64,000 bases of DNA from a virus. Taxonomy: Duplodnaviria > Caudoviricetes. Positions 20,190-30,039 of the stretch are shown here, one piece after another. Each line of letters begins with the position of its first letter. The first letter of the stretch is position 1. The notes beneath the pieces were generated by a model. It ran no database searches. It was not told the DNA's origin and saw only the letters and a program-made list of their open reading frames with translations. The position numbers and the translations under genes are program-made. The stretch is from positions 1 through 64,000 of IMG/VR virus record IMGVR_UViG_3300031994_000033; one strand, given 5' to 3'.

Positions 20190-20509
20190 GTGAACAAGAA
20201 GTCGGATATAGAGTTGTGAAAGACGTAGAAACTCCTAAATTCTATCTATCAGAAGATGCCGAGAAACTTATCGCTGAGAAAGATAAAGAGATTGAAGAGC
20301 TCAAGCGGAAGCTTGAGGATGTGCAGGCAAACGCATACGTAGATAGCGTGGATGCAGGTATACGTGAGCGCAGGCTACGCAGGGCGTTGTACAAGGCGTG
20401 CTTTAATTGGGCGCATTTTGCAGTTGCATTCTTCAGTTCATACGCAACTAAAGAAAAATGGCGCAAGATGGAAAACAAGTGCCTCGAGAAGGCGGAGGAA
20501 TACAAATGA
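20186..20509 (+). CDS. Hypothetical coiled-coil early protein
   Basis: ATGA overlap; FYLSEDAEKLIAEKDKEIEELK. Confidence 0.7.
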   Translation: MSEQEVGYRVVKDVETPKFYLSEDAEKLIAEKDKEIEELKRKLEDVQANAYVDSVDAGIRERRLRRALYKACFNWAHFAVAFFSSYATKEKWRKMENKCLEKAEEYK

Positions 20510-20904
20510 GTGAACTGAAATCTACACGCATTACAATGGTATATAACGGAGAAGTCTACGATGATTTTGGAACAGCACCGAGTATGCAGCTTTATTACAG
20601 AAAGGAAAAAGCTGACGAAGTGATTGAGAGATTGAAAGAACAGCTTAGTGAAGAGCGTTCCGCTAAGGTTGACTACAAAGTATCAGCAAATGACCTGAGC
20701 GACGGACTTAAAGAAGCAGGCAAGGAAATACGCCGATTGCACCGCTGCGTGATTCGTATGACGATGAGGTGGTTGGGCGCAATCGATGAGATGTATAGCC
20801 GTCTAGACGATGTTCACGGAATGGACGATGACGATGTTGAAGACTGGGAGAAAGTATCTCAACTTCGCGAAAAACTCGAGAAAGTTTTGGAAAAGTGGAA
20901 GTAA
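20506..20904 (+). CDS. Hypothetical coiled-coil protein, paralog-like to the upstream gene
   Basis: Start revised to the ATGA overlap at 20506 (MSELKSTR) with GGAGG RBS; YYRKEKADEVIERLKE..IRRLHR. Confidence 0.65.
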   Translation: MSELKSTRITMVYNGEVYDDFGTAPSMQLYYRKEKADEVIERLKEQLSEERSAKVDYKVSANDLSDGLKEAGKEIRRLHRCVIRMTMRWLGAIDEMYSRLDDVHGMDDDDVEDWEKVSQLREKLEKVLEKWK

Positions 20905-20905
20905 T

Positions 20906-21316
20906 ATGCTCAAAGAAGACTTTTTGAAATTTCAGGAAATGGCGCTCGAAGATGTAGTGATGCCTGAGAACCCGGACGATATTCTGGAAAAGAATATGCA
21001 GATTCCGGGCATGAAGCAGAAGTATATCGACGCTTACCGCAAGCAAGTCGCTATCGTGGCTAATCTCGAAGTCAAGCTCGAAGAGGCAGTCGCTAAAGCG
21101 AAGAACAAGTTGAAGGACGGCGGATACGCTTACACGGCTAAGGAAGCGACAGAGCAGACAGCGTTAGACGACGATGTCGCAAAGATCAATCGCGCTTTGA
21201 TCGAACAGCGCTACTACATGGGCTGGCTCGAAGACACAGCCGCTAACATCACTTCACTCTCTTTCACAATCAAGAACTGGTTGAAGTGGAAAGAGATCAT
21301 CTCCACTAACTTCTAA
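20906..21316 (+). CDS. uvsY: Recombination mediator, UvsY-like
   Basis: Start revised to ATG 20906. 136-aa helical protein with QIPGMKQKY and C-terminal SLSFTIKNWLKWK, matching UvsY size and pattern. Confidence 0.7.
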   Translation: MLKEDFLKFQEMALEDVVMPENPDDILEKNMQIPGMKQKYIDAYRKQVAIVANLEVKLEEAVAKAKNKLKDGGYAYTAKEATEQTALDDDVAKINRALIEQRYYMGWLEDTAANITSLSFTIKNWLKWKEIISTNF

Positions 21317-21327
21317 GGAGGCTTCGA

Positions 21328-21891
21328 ATGGACTACGACTACAATCAGTACGTCTGGCACGCGATCCAGCGCACGAAGCAGCACGATCCAGAGTATTTCA
21401 GGAAATGCATCGAGCAGCGTCTCTGCAACGGAAAGGGAAGCGTAACTGACTATGTTCACGCAGAAGATCTCGAACGTGCTCTGATGCATGTATCTTGGTA
21501 CAAGTATGACCATCCCGCAGTAGCGCCTGGTTGTCGAGCCTTCAAGACTGGAGCTATTCGCGGTTGGCTCGGAATGGCTCCTCTGAAGGAGCTTGATCCA
21601 AACCGCATGTGCACGATGATGGACGTGAAGGGAACTGGAACTCTGTCTCTCGTTCTCACTGATCCTCTCGCTTCTGTCAAGCGCTGGTTCGTAGACTACA
21701 CTGTCATCATCATCGGAGACGACGGATATGGCGCTTGCATGTTCACTTTCCATCCAGGAGATCCGCTGCCACCGAGTCATCTGTCTTCAGATGGAAGCAA
21801 TGAGCTAGGACTCAAAGAGGGCGACAAGCTCACTGTCGGAAAGGCTATCGAGCTCGGATTCGTTCACGCAAAGCTTCAAGGAGAAGGATAA
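21328..21891 (+). CDS. Hypothetical protein
   Basis: Strong RBS AAGGAGG; FTFHPGDP motif. Confidence 0.75.
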   Translation: MDYDYNQYVWHAIQRTKQHDPEYFRKCIEQRLCNGKGSVTDYVHAEDLERALMHVSWYKYDHPAVAPGCRAFKTGAIRGWLGMAPLKELDPNRMCTMMDVKGTGTLSLVLTDPLASVKRWFVDYTVIIIGDDGYGACMFTFHPGDPLPPSHLSSDGSNELGLKEGDKLTVGKAIELGFVHAKLQGEG

Positions 21892-22187
21892 TGAACGTTC
21901 ATCCGATGGATTCAGATGGTTTGATCAGCGGCTCTAACCGCAATGTCGAGTTTCAAGCCGTATTGAATGTTCCGTCACTTGATCTGACACCGATCACATA
22001 CCCAGAAGATGGCGACGATCAAGATCACGACTTTCGTGGCGCACCATATTCCTACAAGTATGAAGACGATGAGGGCAACTTCATAAGCGCTATGGGCTGG
22101 GACATGGATGAAGTTGTGCGGATCTCGAACTTCTTTTTGAAATATCTCGACAAGATCATTACATATCATGACGTTATACTAGATTAA
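21891..22187 (+). CDS. Hypothetical protein
   Basis: TAATG coupling with the upstream gene. Confidence 0.65.
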   Translation: MNVHPMDSDGLISGSNRNVEFQAVLNVPSLDLTPITYPEDGDDQDHDFRGAPYSYKYEDDEGNFISAMGWDMDEVVRISNFFLKYLDKIITYHDVILD

Positions 22188-22203
22188 AAGATAAGGAGAT
22201 GGT

Positions 22204-22440
22204 ATGAGTAAGATACTAACGATCCAAGAAGAGATACACTGCGACCTCTGCGGAAAAGGGATTCATGGTGATCACAAAAGTGAGTTCGCTGGAAATCTCT
22301 ATTTGTCTGATGGGACTCCAGTTCAATACGGAATAAACTTGACTCTGTCTAAGTACTCTGGAAAAGACTCAGCAGAGCACATCTGTCGTGACTGTCTCAG
22401 AGACTTTCTAGAAAATCTCGCCAAGAACTTGAGCTACTAA
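22204..22440 (+). CDS. Small Zn-finger protein
   Basis: CDLCG...HICRDC; RBS AGGAG. Confidence 0.7.
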   Translation: MSKILTIQEEIHCDLCGKGIHGDHKSEFAGNLYLSDGTPVQYGINLTLSKYSGKDSAEHICRDCLRDFLENLAKNLSY

Positions 22441-23249
22441 GCTTTGACGTTAGTGTTTCCGCCGTTAGTCGGAGCGTTAGTTACAAAGCATGTAGGATGA
22501 GCGCAAACTAGAGTCTTCAAGTTGTTCCTACCGAGATTTACATCGCCCTGAACGGCATCGATATAGACATTTCGTTTAGCGTTGATCACTATGTCGTCAT
22601 TAGCCTCTAAGTCAAACTTCCCCTCAATCTTGACTGTCATAGTCGCAGGTTCTGTGTTGACGATCTTTTTAGACATGCTCTGCTCTACGAGAATGCTGCC
22701 GTTCGGATCAATCTGAATCTTCAGGCCAGATCGATGATTGATCTTCATCTCGCCAGTTCTTCTGTTCAGCGTTACTCCTTCACCGTCATCAGTCTTCATC
22801 AAGACCATCACGTTAGGATAGTCGAGAGAGTTAGTAGCGTCGTACAGAATGCTGTCGCCAGGTGCTCTCATTCCAAGGAACGATTCGGCAGCTGCTGCAA
22901 TAGGATTCTCGACTGTTATGATGCCGTCGTAGATGGGCTTATACGGATCGCCGTCCTCGAAGTAGCCACGAACAGTAGCGCCAACATCAGGAACGACTAG
23001 ATTAGAAGTGCCTGCGCCGAGATAGCCGTGCTCAGGAAGAGCCCAAGGAATCGAAATCTCATCTACTTCATCATAATGGCCAAAGATCTTGATCTTCGCT
23101 CGTCCCATCTTGAGAGGATCGTTGTTGCTGACTACGCGTCCAGTCCATCGCTCATTGAACTTCGGATCGTTGCTGTCAAGTATCGAGTTCCCATTCATCG
23201 GATCGTCTGGATTGTTTCCATATCTCTCGTTCAGATCAATTTCGCTCAT
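22437..23249 (-). CDS. Baseplate central spike, gp5/gpV-like (no lysozyme domain)
   Basis: GRVVSNNDPLKMGRAKIKIFG..IPWALP..VPDVGATVRGYFEDGDPYKPIY OB-fold, followed by beta-repeats. Confidence 0.85.
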   Translation of the reverse strand: MSEIDLNERYGNNPDDPMNGNSILDSNDPKFNERWTGRVVSNNDPLKMGRAKIKIFGHYDEVDEISIPWALPEHGYLGAGTSNLVVPDVGATVRGYFEDGDPYKPIYDGIITVENPIAAAAESFLGMRAPGDSILYDATNSLDYPNVMVLMKTDDGEGVTLNRRTGEMKINHRSGLKIQIDPNGSILVEQSMSKKIVNTEPATMTVKIEGKFDLEANDDIVINAKRNVYIDAVQGDVNLGRNNLKTLVCAHPTCFVTNAPTNGGNTNVKA

Positions 23250-24109
23250 CAGCTACTCCTTTTATTCTTCGCTTTTTCGAGATTCTCAGCTTCGTTCTGA
23301 GACATCTCGTTGACTATAGCTATCATCATCTCGACTTCATTGTATGGCATCTCGTCCGTTATAGTGATACCGCAGTATTTAGAGACCTGTATCTGGTTTC
23401 TGATCATCGTCGATAGCTGAATTCTGTTGAACAGCTTGTCATCAGACAGATCTATTCCGACTTTCATCGTGTTCATGCATCGGTCGCACATCAACTCGGT
23501 ATAGCCAAGAACACCGCATCTCGCATCGGAAGCCAAGTGCTTCAGTCTCGCGTACTCGTCTGCTGGAAGCTCGAGTATCTTCTTGACTAGATCTCTTCCT
23601 TCAATGTTCCATGATTCGACTATGTCCGTCCAGTTCACTATCAAGTCTATCTCTGGATCTTCAGTTCTGATCTCAGGATCGAATATCTTTCGATATATGC
23701 CAGAAACTGTAATTCCTCCGATCTCCGCTTTCCGTATGACTGACTCTTCTATGGGCTTAGACTTTATGTTGTGAACTTCGAAGTTCTTTATGACTCGACT
23801 TCCGCAGTATGGACAGTCGAACTCAGTCTGATAGCCGTTCGATAGCATGAATGTATTTCGTCTGAGATAGAATATAATAGGAAGTCTGTCCATTCGGTAT
23901 ATGTCGCTGAGATCCATCCCTTCTACCTTCAAGCATCTCTTCAGAATGTCTCCGATCATCTTGAACGCGTTCTTCTCGTCCATCGCAGCCAAGTACTTCA
24001 GATCTCTTATCTGAAGAATTCTGAATCGTATAGACGAGCATTTCGGATATAGCTGTCCGTGGCTCGGAAGATTGCTGTAAGGGATGTTGAAGTAGTTCGG
24101 CTCAGACAT
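23249..24109 (-). CDS. Baseplate hub assembly protein, gp26-like
   Basis: LPSHG, IFYLR, CPYCG and CDRC, and a gp51-like C-terminus. Confidence 0.65.
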   Translation of the reverse strand: MSEPNYFNIPYSNLPSHGQLYPKCSSIRFRILQIRDLKYLAAMDEKNAFKMIGDILKRCLKVEGMDLSDIYRMDRLPIIFYLRRNTFMLSNGYQTEFDCPYCGSRVIKNFEVHNIKSKPIEESVIRKAEIGGITVSGIYRKIFDPEIRTEDPEIDLIVNWTDIVESWNIEGRDLVKKILELPADEYARLKHLASDARCGVLGYTELMCDRCMNTMKVGIDLSDDKLFNRIQLSTMIRNQIQVSKYCGITITDEMPYNEVEMMIAIVNEMSQNEAENLEKAKNKRSS

Positions 24110-24151
24110 AGTCAGTTCTCTATAGATATTATATATCTGGAGATTTGTAAA

Positions 24152-25435
24152 ATGTCAGAGAGCAACTGGAAAGACAATGGCTACAATCCGTCAGAGCACG
24201 GATGGTGGAGAGCTACACTAGACGGAAGAGCTGATCTCGGCTATCCGACTGGCTACTACTATGCAGACACGATCAGAGCTATCATGATCGCTTTCACTAA
24301 GTTCTTCAACGATCTGTATGTCATTCGATATGACGAGAACGGCTTTCCCAGAAAGCGCATAAGAGTGCCCATCAAGTTCGGACCTAGATCGAAAGCTCAC
24401 GACTTCAGAAAAGAGCAGGAGAGCGGAGAGACCTATTATATCCCTCTTCCGAACATGTACTACAAGATCATTAACTTTCAGTATGACAACACGAGATCTG
24501 CTTCATCTAACGCCATCAGAACTTTCTATGAAGAGTATCTAATGTCTAAAGGAATCGAAGAGTCACAGGCACAGCTTCTATGGGAAGACACTCAGCCAGT
24601 ACCTTACAACTTGTCGTTCGAGCTCTCAGCTAAGACTGAAAAGATCGCCGATCTGTTCCAGATAGTCGAGCAGATCTCTTCAAGATTCAATCCTGACGCC
24701 TTCTTGTACATCAAAGAGTTCTGGTTCATGAACATCCGTCGTGACATCAAGATGAAGCTCGACACTATAGCTCTAGACTACCAGGACGAGTTCGGTGAAC
24801 AAGACAAGCGTGAGCTAGAAGCTAAGTTCACTTTCACGATAGAGGGCCAAGTCTATACGAAGATCCAAGAAGGCGCTATCATCGATCAGATCATCACGAG
24901 ACTGAATCCTTCTATCGCTACTTATAAGACAGAAGATGTGACGTTGACGCTCAGAGGCTTGAACGCAACTGACAAAGAGTTCTATATCAGCGACACTGAA
25001 GACAACTGGCTCATCAAGAACAAGATGGTCGTCAGAGACAGAGATTCTCAATACGATGGAATCGGCGTCTATGTTCCTTCTTCTGGTGCTTATGACTCGT
25101 TCTCATACTGGAAGATGCCAGAACGATACGATCTGTTTGGCAACAAGAAGGATCCAGAGAATCCCGAATACTACTGGCAGTTCACGTCAGCGATCACTTC
25201 AGATGTAGCTGACAAGTACACTTCGATCATAGGTCTATCTGGCAACTACATGCCAGTCTCTGGCTCTTACGATCCGTCGACTGGAAAATACATGGGAAGC
25301 ATAGAAGACCGATACGACTTTGCGAGAATCACTGAAGACGACTACACGTCATCCGGACGAAAGGACTTCGTCAACAGCGAAAATGACGTGATCGACACTC
25401 AGTGGGTCAGCAATCACGAGATCGAGATCAGATAA
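24152..25435 (+). CDS. Tail terminator/sheath stabiliser, T4 gp15-like
   Basis: Start revised to ATG 24152. YYYADTIRAIMIAFTKFFNDLYV, RVPIKFGP, PVPYNL, QIVEQI..F.P. Confidence 0.85.
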   Translation: MSESNWKDNGYNPSEHGWWRATLDGRADLGYPTGYYYADTIRAIMIAFTKFFNDLYVIRYDENGFPRKRIRVPIKFGPRSKAHDFRKEQESGETYYIPLPNMYYKIINFQYDNTRSASSNAIRTFYEEYLMSKGIEESQAQLLWEDTQPVPYNLSFELSAKTEKIADLFQIVEQISSRFNPDAFLYIKEFWFMNIRRDIKMKLDTIALDYQDEFGEQDKRELEAKFTFTIEGQVYTKIQEGAIIDQIITRLNPSIATYKTEDVTLTLRGLNATDKEFYISDTEDNWLIKNKMVVRDRDSQYDGIGVYVPSSGAYDSFSYWKMPERYDLFGNKKDPENPEYYWQFTSAITSDVADKYTSIIGLSGNYMPVSGSYDPSTGKYMGSIEDRYDFARITEDDYTSSGRKDFVNSENDVIDTQWVSNHEIEIR

Positions 25436-25464
25436 ATAAGCTATAAGAGATATTGCGAAGAATC

Positions 25465-26832
25465 ATGGCAGAGAACCAAAAAGAGCTTTTCGACTCGCTA
25501 GAGATGAAGATAGAGCAAGAGAATGACATTCTCTTCTCTCGTCTCGATCAGCTGTTCAACAAGTCTTCAGATTCTAGCGATCTGAACGATCTAGATGTCG
25601 ACATAAAGCAGCTTGTCGAGAGATCTTCGCTCCAGACAGAGCAGCTAGTTCTTCTAAACTCTTCAATGGGAAATCTGATAGAACAGATAACGAACGGGAT
25701 AACTGCCGTTCAGAATACTGTTCCTGTCAATGCGGATGTCGATAATGATGTAGTCGAAGAAGAGACTGAGAGAAACTATGCCGTCTCTGACATTAGAACT
25801 GTGCTAGCTGACACGCCCATCAAGATCGATCTCGATGAGCTAGAGAGGGTGACTGCTGAATATGCTAACACGCTTCGGACTGCTAACGTCGAGAAAGAGA
25901 TTGTAGAGATTCCAGAGACAGAGAAGATCTACAACGAGTCTTACTCGAGCGAAGTCAATCTCACAGATAACTCTGATCTGATAGCCACTATGTCGGACGC
26001 TATGCAAGAGAAGATTGATCAGCTTTCGCAGTCGATGGTGAGCATAGCTAACTACAATTCAGAGCTGACTAGAAACAGCTTGAGCGAACTTGCTAGCAAT
26101 CTCAGAGGTCCAGACGCTAATGCGGAGCCAGTCAACATAGACATTGATCCGATAACGGTCCTGGCTCAAGACATAAAGGCTTCAATCGATTCAGATTCGA
26201 ATACGATGTTCTCGTATCTCGAAAGGATTGGAGCCACTTCGGATGAGATAGCTAAAGCTACCTCTTCGATCTCTCTCGACAGAGTATCGACCAGTCTAGA
26301 CGATCTCGTCAATCGAGTCGACAATCTAGATGTCGGAAAGATCGAGCTAGACGAAGATAGCATCAATAAGATCATTCCGCAGTCTCTTGAATTCGACTAC
26401 AGCTATCAAGACAAGATTTTGTCAGTTCTAAGCTCTCCGGTCGACGTCAACATAGCAAATCTTCCTATGGACAACGAAAATGAGCCTACAGAGAATGTCG
26501 ACGTGTTCTCCAGAGCAGTAAGCCCTCTCGTTGAAGGTCAGCGGTCGCTTCAGAGCATGCTCGACAGCAATCTGAGAAGATTATCTGAAGCGATCGTAAT
26601 GCTCAGAGATCAGTCAAAGGACAGCGAGTCTAGAATAACTAGAGTAACTGACACTGTGAACACAGAGATGAGTGACGTTTCTATCAAGTATATCCTGTCA
26701 GACACGTCGCAGATGCGAGTCACTCTGAGTCATATCGATTCTACTCTTAGCGCATATCTTTCTGGAAATAGCACAAGCTCGTCTAGCACTTCAGTCAACT
26801 CAGACGAAGTCACATCAATAAGCATGGATTGA
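25465..26832 (+). CDS. Acidic coiled-coil protein (tape-measure-like?)
   Basis: Helical, rich in Ser, Asp and Leu, and Cys/Trp-free; in a tail context after GATAAATA. Confidence 0.4.
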   Translation: MAENQKELFDSLEMKIEQENDILFSRLDQLFNKSSDSSDLNDLDVDIKQLVERSSLQTEQLVLLNSSMGNLIEQITNGITAVQNTVPVNADVDNDVVEEETERNYAVSDIRTVLADTPIKIDLDELERVTAEYANTLRTANVEKEIVEIPETEKIYNESYSSEVNLTDNSDLIATMSDAMQEKIDQLSQSMVSIANYNSELTRNSLSELASNLRGPDANAEPVNIDIDPITVLAQDIKASIDSDSNTMFSYLERIGATSDEIAKATSSISLDRVSTSLDDLVNRVDNLDVGKIELDEDSINKIIPQSLEFDYSYQDKILSVLSSPVDVNIANLPMDNENEPTENVDVFSRAVSPLVEGQRSLQSMLDSNLRRLSEAIVMLRDQSKDSESRITRVTDTVNTEMSDVSIKYILSDTSQMRVTLSHIDSTLSAYLSGNSTSSSSTSVNSDEVTSISMD

Positions 26833-26836
26833 TCTG

Positions 26837-27970
26837 ATGGCAACTATAGAGATATACGGCGGCAGAACTCGAACTGGAGCTATCCTTCTTGAGCCATTTA
26901 GCGAGAAGGCCGTTAAAGAGTGTGGAGACTTCGCTGCATTTTTGACAGAATATCCAAAGATAGACTATGAGACCGACTGGGGAAGCTGGGAAGACAGCAA
27001 CGTAGGCATCGTCGGCGATGTAGTCTCAGCGCTAGGAGGCGGAATAAAGGCTGGAGGAAAAGCAGCTGGAGTGTTCGGAGTCAAGGGAATCAAGACTAAG
27101 ATTCTAAATATGATATTCAACAACGCTGGAAAGTTCATTCAGCTTCTCGGCGGATCAAGTTTTGAGCCTCCTATCTTGACAGACTCTTGGACGCAGCTAG
27201 CGGCTCAGCTTCCAGATGATGTAGATAAAGCGGGAATCAAGTTCGATTTTAAGATTGTCGCTTATCCAGTAACGAGAAGAGGCGTTCACGTCGAAGGGCT
27301 GAGGGCAGACTCGACTAATCTGAACCAAGTATTGAATCTCTACACTTCCGAGAGGACTATCAGATGCGCTAACATGTGGGAGTGGCTGAATCTAGGAAAG
27401 ATCGCTGGAATGCCCGAGAAGTTCTCGACACAGAGAATCTCAGACAATCTTGTCGGACTAAAAGACAACCTGAATGGAGAGACTGGACAAGCGGGAAAGC
27501 AGATTATCGAAGGTTTCACCGGTATGCTTCCAAGTCTGAAGAACGTAGCATCCGAAATGAGCCCACTCTATGGCATGGTTAGTAAAGTCACTAGCGTTTT
27601 TGATAGTGAAGAGGAGAAGGCCGCAAAAGAAGCTGCAAAGCCTATGGATCTCATCAAGGGCATATCTAAGATCGCAGTAGGATTGAGCGGAATAGGTCAG
27701 AGAATAGGCTACAGCTTCACTGTTCAGCTGTTCGACTCAGACGGAAATCTGATATTCAACTCGAAGAGAAGCAGCTGCCCGCTAGACTTCTACATCTCTG
27801 ATCTGAAGCTAGACTTCTCTCCTCATCTAGTGAAGCTGGTAAACAGCCAAGGAAAGAGGGTCGGCGCATGTCCGGAATGGTGCAAGATAGAGCTATCTCT
27901 GTCTAGCTCAACAGTCGTGTCGCCGAGTCAGATCGTCAGTATGTGCGACTTAGATCGCCAGGAGAAATAG
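26837..27970 (+). CDS. Putative tube-initiator/baseplate (tube-fold) protein
   Basis: C-terminal FYISDLKLDFS..PEWCKIELSL pattern resembles gp48-type proteins; context. Confidence 0.45.
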   Translation: MATIEIYGGRTRTGAILLEPFSEKAVKECGDFAAFLTEYPKIDYETDWGSWEDSNVGIVGDVVSALGGGIKAGGKAAGVFGVKGIKTKILNMIFNNAGKFIQLLGGSSFEPPILTDSWTQLAAQLPDDVDKAGIKFDFKIVAYPVTRRGVHVEGLRADSTNLNQVLNLYTSERTIRCANMWEWLNLGKIAGMPEKFSTQRISDNLVGLKDNLNGETGQAGKQIIEGFTGMLPSLKNVASEMSPLYGMVSKVTSVFDSEEEKAAKEAAKPMDLIKGISKIAVGLSGIGQRIGYSFTVQLFDSDGNLIFNSKRSSCPLDFYISDLKLDFSPHLVKLVNSQGKRVGACPEWCKIELSLSSSTVVSPSQIVSMCDLDRQEK

Positions 27971-27972
27971 CG

Positions 27973-28986
27973 ATGGCTGAAGCTGCTAATAAGTCGAAAG
28001 GCCAGCAAACTGATACGACTAAGAAGGAAGTATCAGATAAGCTGTCTGAAGAAGTCAAGTTCTCTCAAACACAGAAGAACATGTTCGACGGTTTCCATGA
28101 AGATCTCTATGGAAACAACTGGTTCGTATTGACGACTAACGATCTTGGAGAAGAGGGACTAGGCGACAAGAAGAATGGACGTTCTTCATCTATATGTGGA
28201 GTTCTGGAAAAAATTCCATCACTAGGATTCAAGACGACGCTGGAGTCTGGTCCAGTAGGTACAGTCCAAAAGCTATACAGCCAATATCTTGGAAGAGGAG
28301 GAATGGTAGGGTCGATAGGATCAGCTACTGGTTCTAACCTGAACAAGCAGCTAGGTGGAAACTACTCGATCAGATATCCAATATCGAGAGCATTCCAAGA
28401 AGAGGGAATAACGCTCGAGTTCGAGTGCTGGAAGAATCCAGCTGAGATATATGATCCGATCTGTCTGCCGTCTGACATGAAGAGCGTGATAAGCTATCTG
28501 ACTAGATTCGCTACAGTGCAGACGTCAGAGCAGCTAGACGTGCTAGTCGAAGGCGCAGCACAAGAAGTTCTGAGCGGCGCTCTAGGAATTCCAATTCTAA
28601 TCGGACAAGCTGCACTCAGCGCTACTGGTATCTCTAAAGATGTAGACGAAAATGGAAATCCGATCGAGAAAGGGCTTGGAGATCACGTCAAGTCAGCTGT
28701 CGAGACCGTAGCTAAGTTCACAGACGATCTTCTAGTCCGAAAGTGGAATGACAAGCAGAGAATCACGAGAGGTCGTGAGAAGTTCAATGAATGCCTACAC
28801 AGACTAGACATAATGAGGGCTGGAGTCCTCGACACATATCTGATCGTAGCAATAAAGAACTGGTCTTATCAGTTCGATCAGAATGCGCTAGGATTGATGA
28901 TGAAAGTGACAATAAACTGCATGATAGATCAGAGAATGAACAAGAACCGTTTGAAGCTCTATAGCGAGAGACCTATGTTTGGCTAG
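27973..28986 (+). CDS. Putative tube-initiator/baseplate protein, paralog-like to the upstream gene
   Basis: Start revised to ATG 27973 (GGAG RBS); architecture similar to 26837. Confidence 0.4.
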   Translation: MAEAANKSKGQQTDTTKKEVSDKLSEEVKFSQTQKNMFDGFHEDLYGNNWFVLTTNDLGEEGLGDKKNGRSSSICGVLEKIPSLGFKTTLESGPVGTVQKLYSQYLGRGGMVGSIGSATGSNLNKQLGGNYSIRYPISRAFQEEGITLEFECWKNPAEIYDPICLPSDMKSVISYLTRFATVQTSEQLDVLVEGAAQEVLSGALGIPILIGQAALSATGISKDVDENGNPIEKGLGDHVKSAVETVAKFTDDLLVRKWNDKQRITRGREKFNECLHRLDIMRAGVLDTYLIVAIKNWSYQFDQNALGLMMKVTINCMIDQRMNKNRLKLYSERPMFG

Positions 28987-29156
28987 CTCCAGAGGGATTG
29001 TTCTCTGCTCTGAACTCTTCAGCGTGCTCTCTTATCCATCTTCTTACAAACTCTTCTCCTGGATCTCTTCCGATCCTCTCTCCTTCAAGCCACTTCTGGA
29101 GCTCGATCTCGTCAATCTGCTTTCGCAAGAATTCCTTCTCGTCCATTTTGTCCTCC

Positions 29157-29540
29157 TTATAGCTTGGAGTTGTCGTTTTCGCTGTTTACGTCTGGGAACT
29201 TCTTGTTGTAGTGGCGTAGCCCAGCAGCTTTTCTCTTCTTCATGCTGTTCTCCCACTTTCTCTCGCGAGTAGGCTCTTTAGCAGCTCTCTTCTTCTCGCC
29301 AGTGATTCGTCCACGCTTTCCTGCTTCGCTGCTTGATCCGCCGCGCTTTCTGTTCAGGATCTCTTTTGGCGTCATTCTGACTTCATGAGGGTTTCCGAAC
29401 TCATCATATTCGACACGTTTGACTCCAGGCTCTGTCGTCTTGAACTTCGTAACTACTTTGCCGTCGCGAATCATCTTCTTGCGCTGTAGAGCTTCATTGA
29501 GCTCTTGATCCTCATTGATGAATTCTAGAAATCTCTTCAT
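29157..29540 (-). CDS. Prohead core protein, T4 gp68-like
   Basis: LNEALQRKKMIRDGKVV..MTPKEILNRK..SMKKRKAAGL; short acidic N-terminus and very basic C-terminus. Confidence 0.7.
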   Translation of the reverse strand: MKRFLEFINEDQELNEALQRKKMIRDGKVVTKFKTTEPGVKRVEYDEFGNPHEVRMTPKEILNRKRGGSSSEAGKRGRITGEKKRAAKEPTRERKWENSMKKRKAAGLRHYNKKFPDVNSENDNSKL

Positions 29541-29543
29541 TGC

Positions 29544-29984
29544 TTATTCTCCTAGATCGTCTAGCATGAACGAATTGTCAAGAATCGGATAGTCTCTGCT
29601 GAGATAGTCTTTTGAGTGATCGATGTGATTAAGAGAACTTCCCGTGTTTCTATTCTTGTTCTTTCTTAGTCCTAGCTTGCTTCCAAGTCTATTGCTGAGC
29701 TGCTTTCTGAGCTCGATCTTTCCTTGAATAGCAGCACGCTTGACTTTTCCAGTTCTCTGACCGAGCTTTCTGTGCCGCTTCTCTGCTCCAGTCAGTCTCT
29801 TCTCACGTGGCATGCCGTTCTTGTCATACTGGATCTTGAACCCAGGCTTGTCGCTCTTCCACTTCTTTTTCCTCTTACCCTTTCGGATGACATACTTGAG
29901 CTTGAGCGCTTCATCCAGCACTTGCTCCACTTCACCCTCCCTTTCGAGGAACTCTAAAAATCTAAGCGTTTCACCGTCACTCAT
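29544..29984 (-). CDS. Second gp68-like prohead core protein
   Basis: LDEALKLKYVIRKGK..PGFKIQYD..RLTGAEKRHRKLGQR..KLGLR. Confidence 0.65.
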   Translation of the reverse strand: MSDGETLRFLEFLEREGEVEQVLDEALKLKYVIRKGKRKKKWKSDKPGFKIQYDKNGMPREKRLTGAEKRHRKLGQRTGKVKRAAIQGKIELRKQLSNRLGSKLGLRKNKNRNTGSSLNHIDHSKDYLSRDYPILDNSFMLDDLGE

Positions 29985-30039
29985 ACTAATTATTTATGAA
30001 CTAATCGACCAATGAAGAATTAGCACATAAATACTATAT

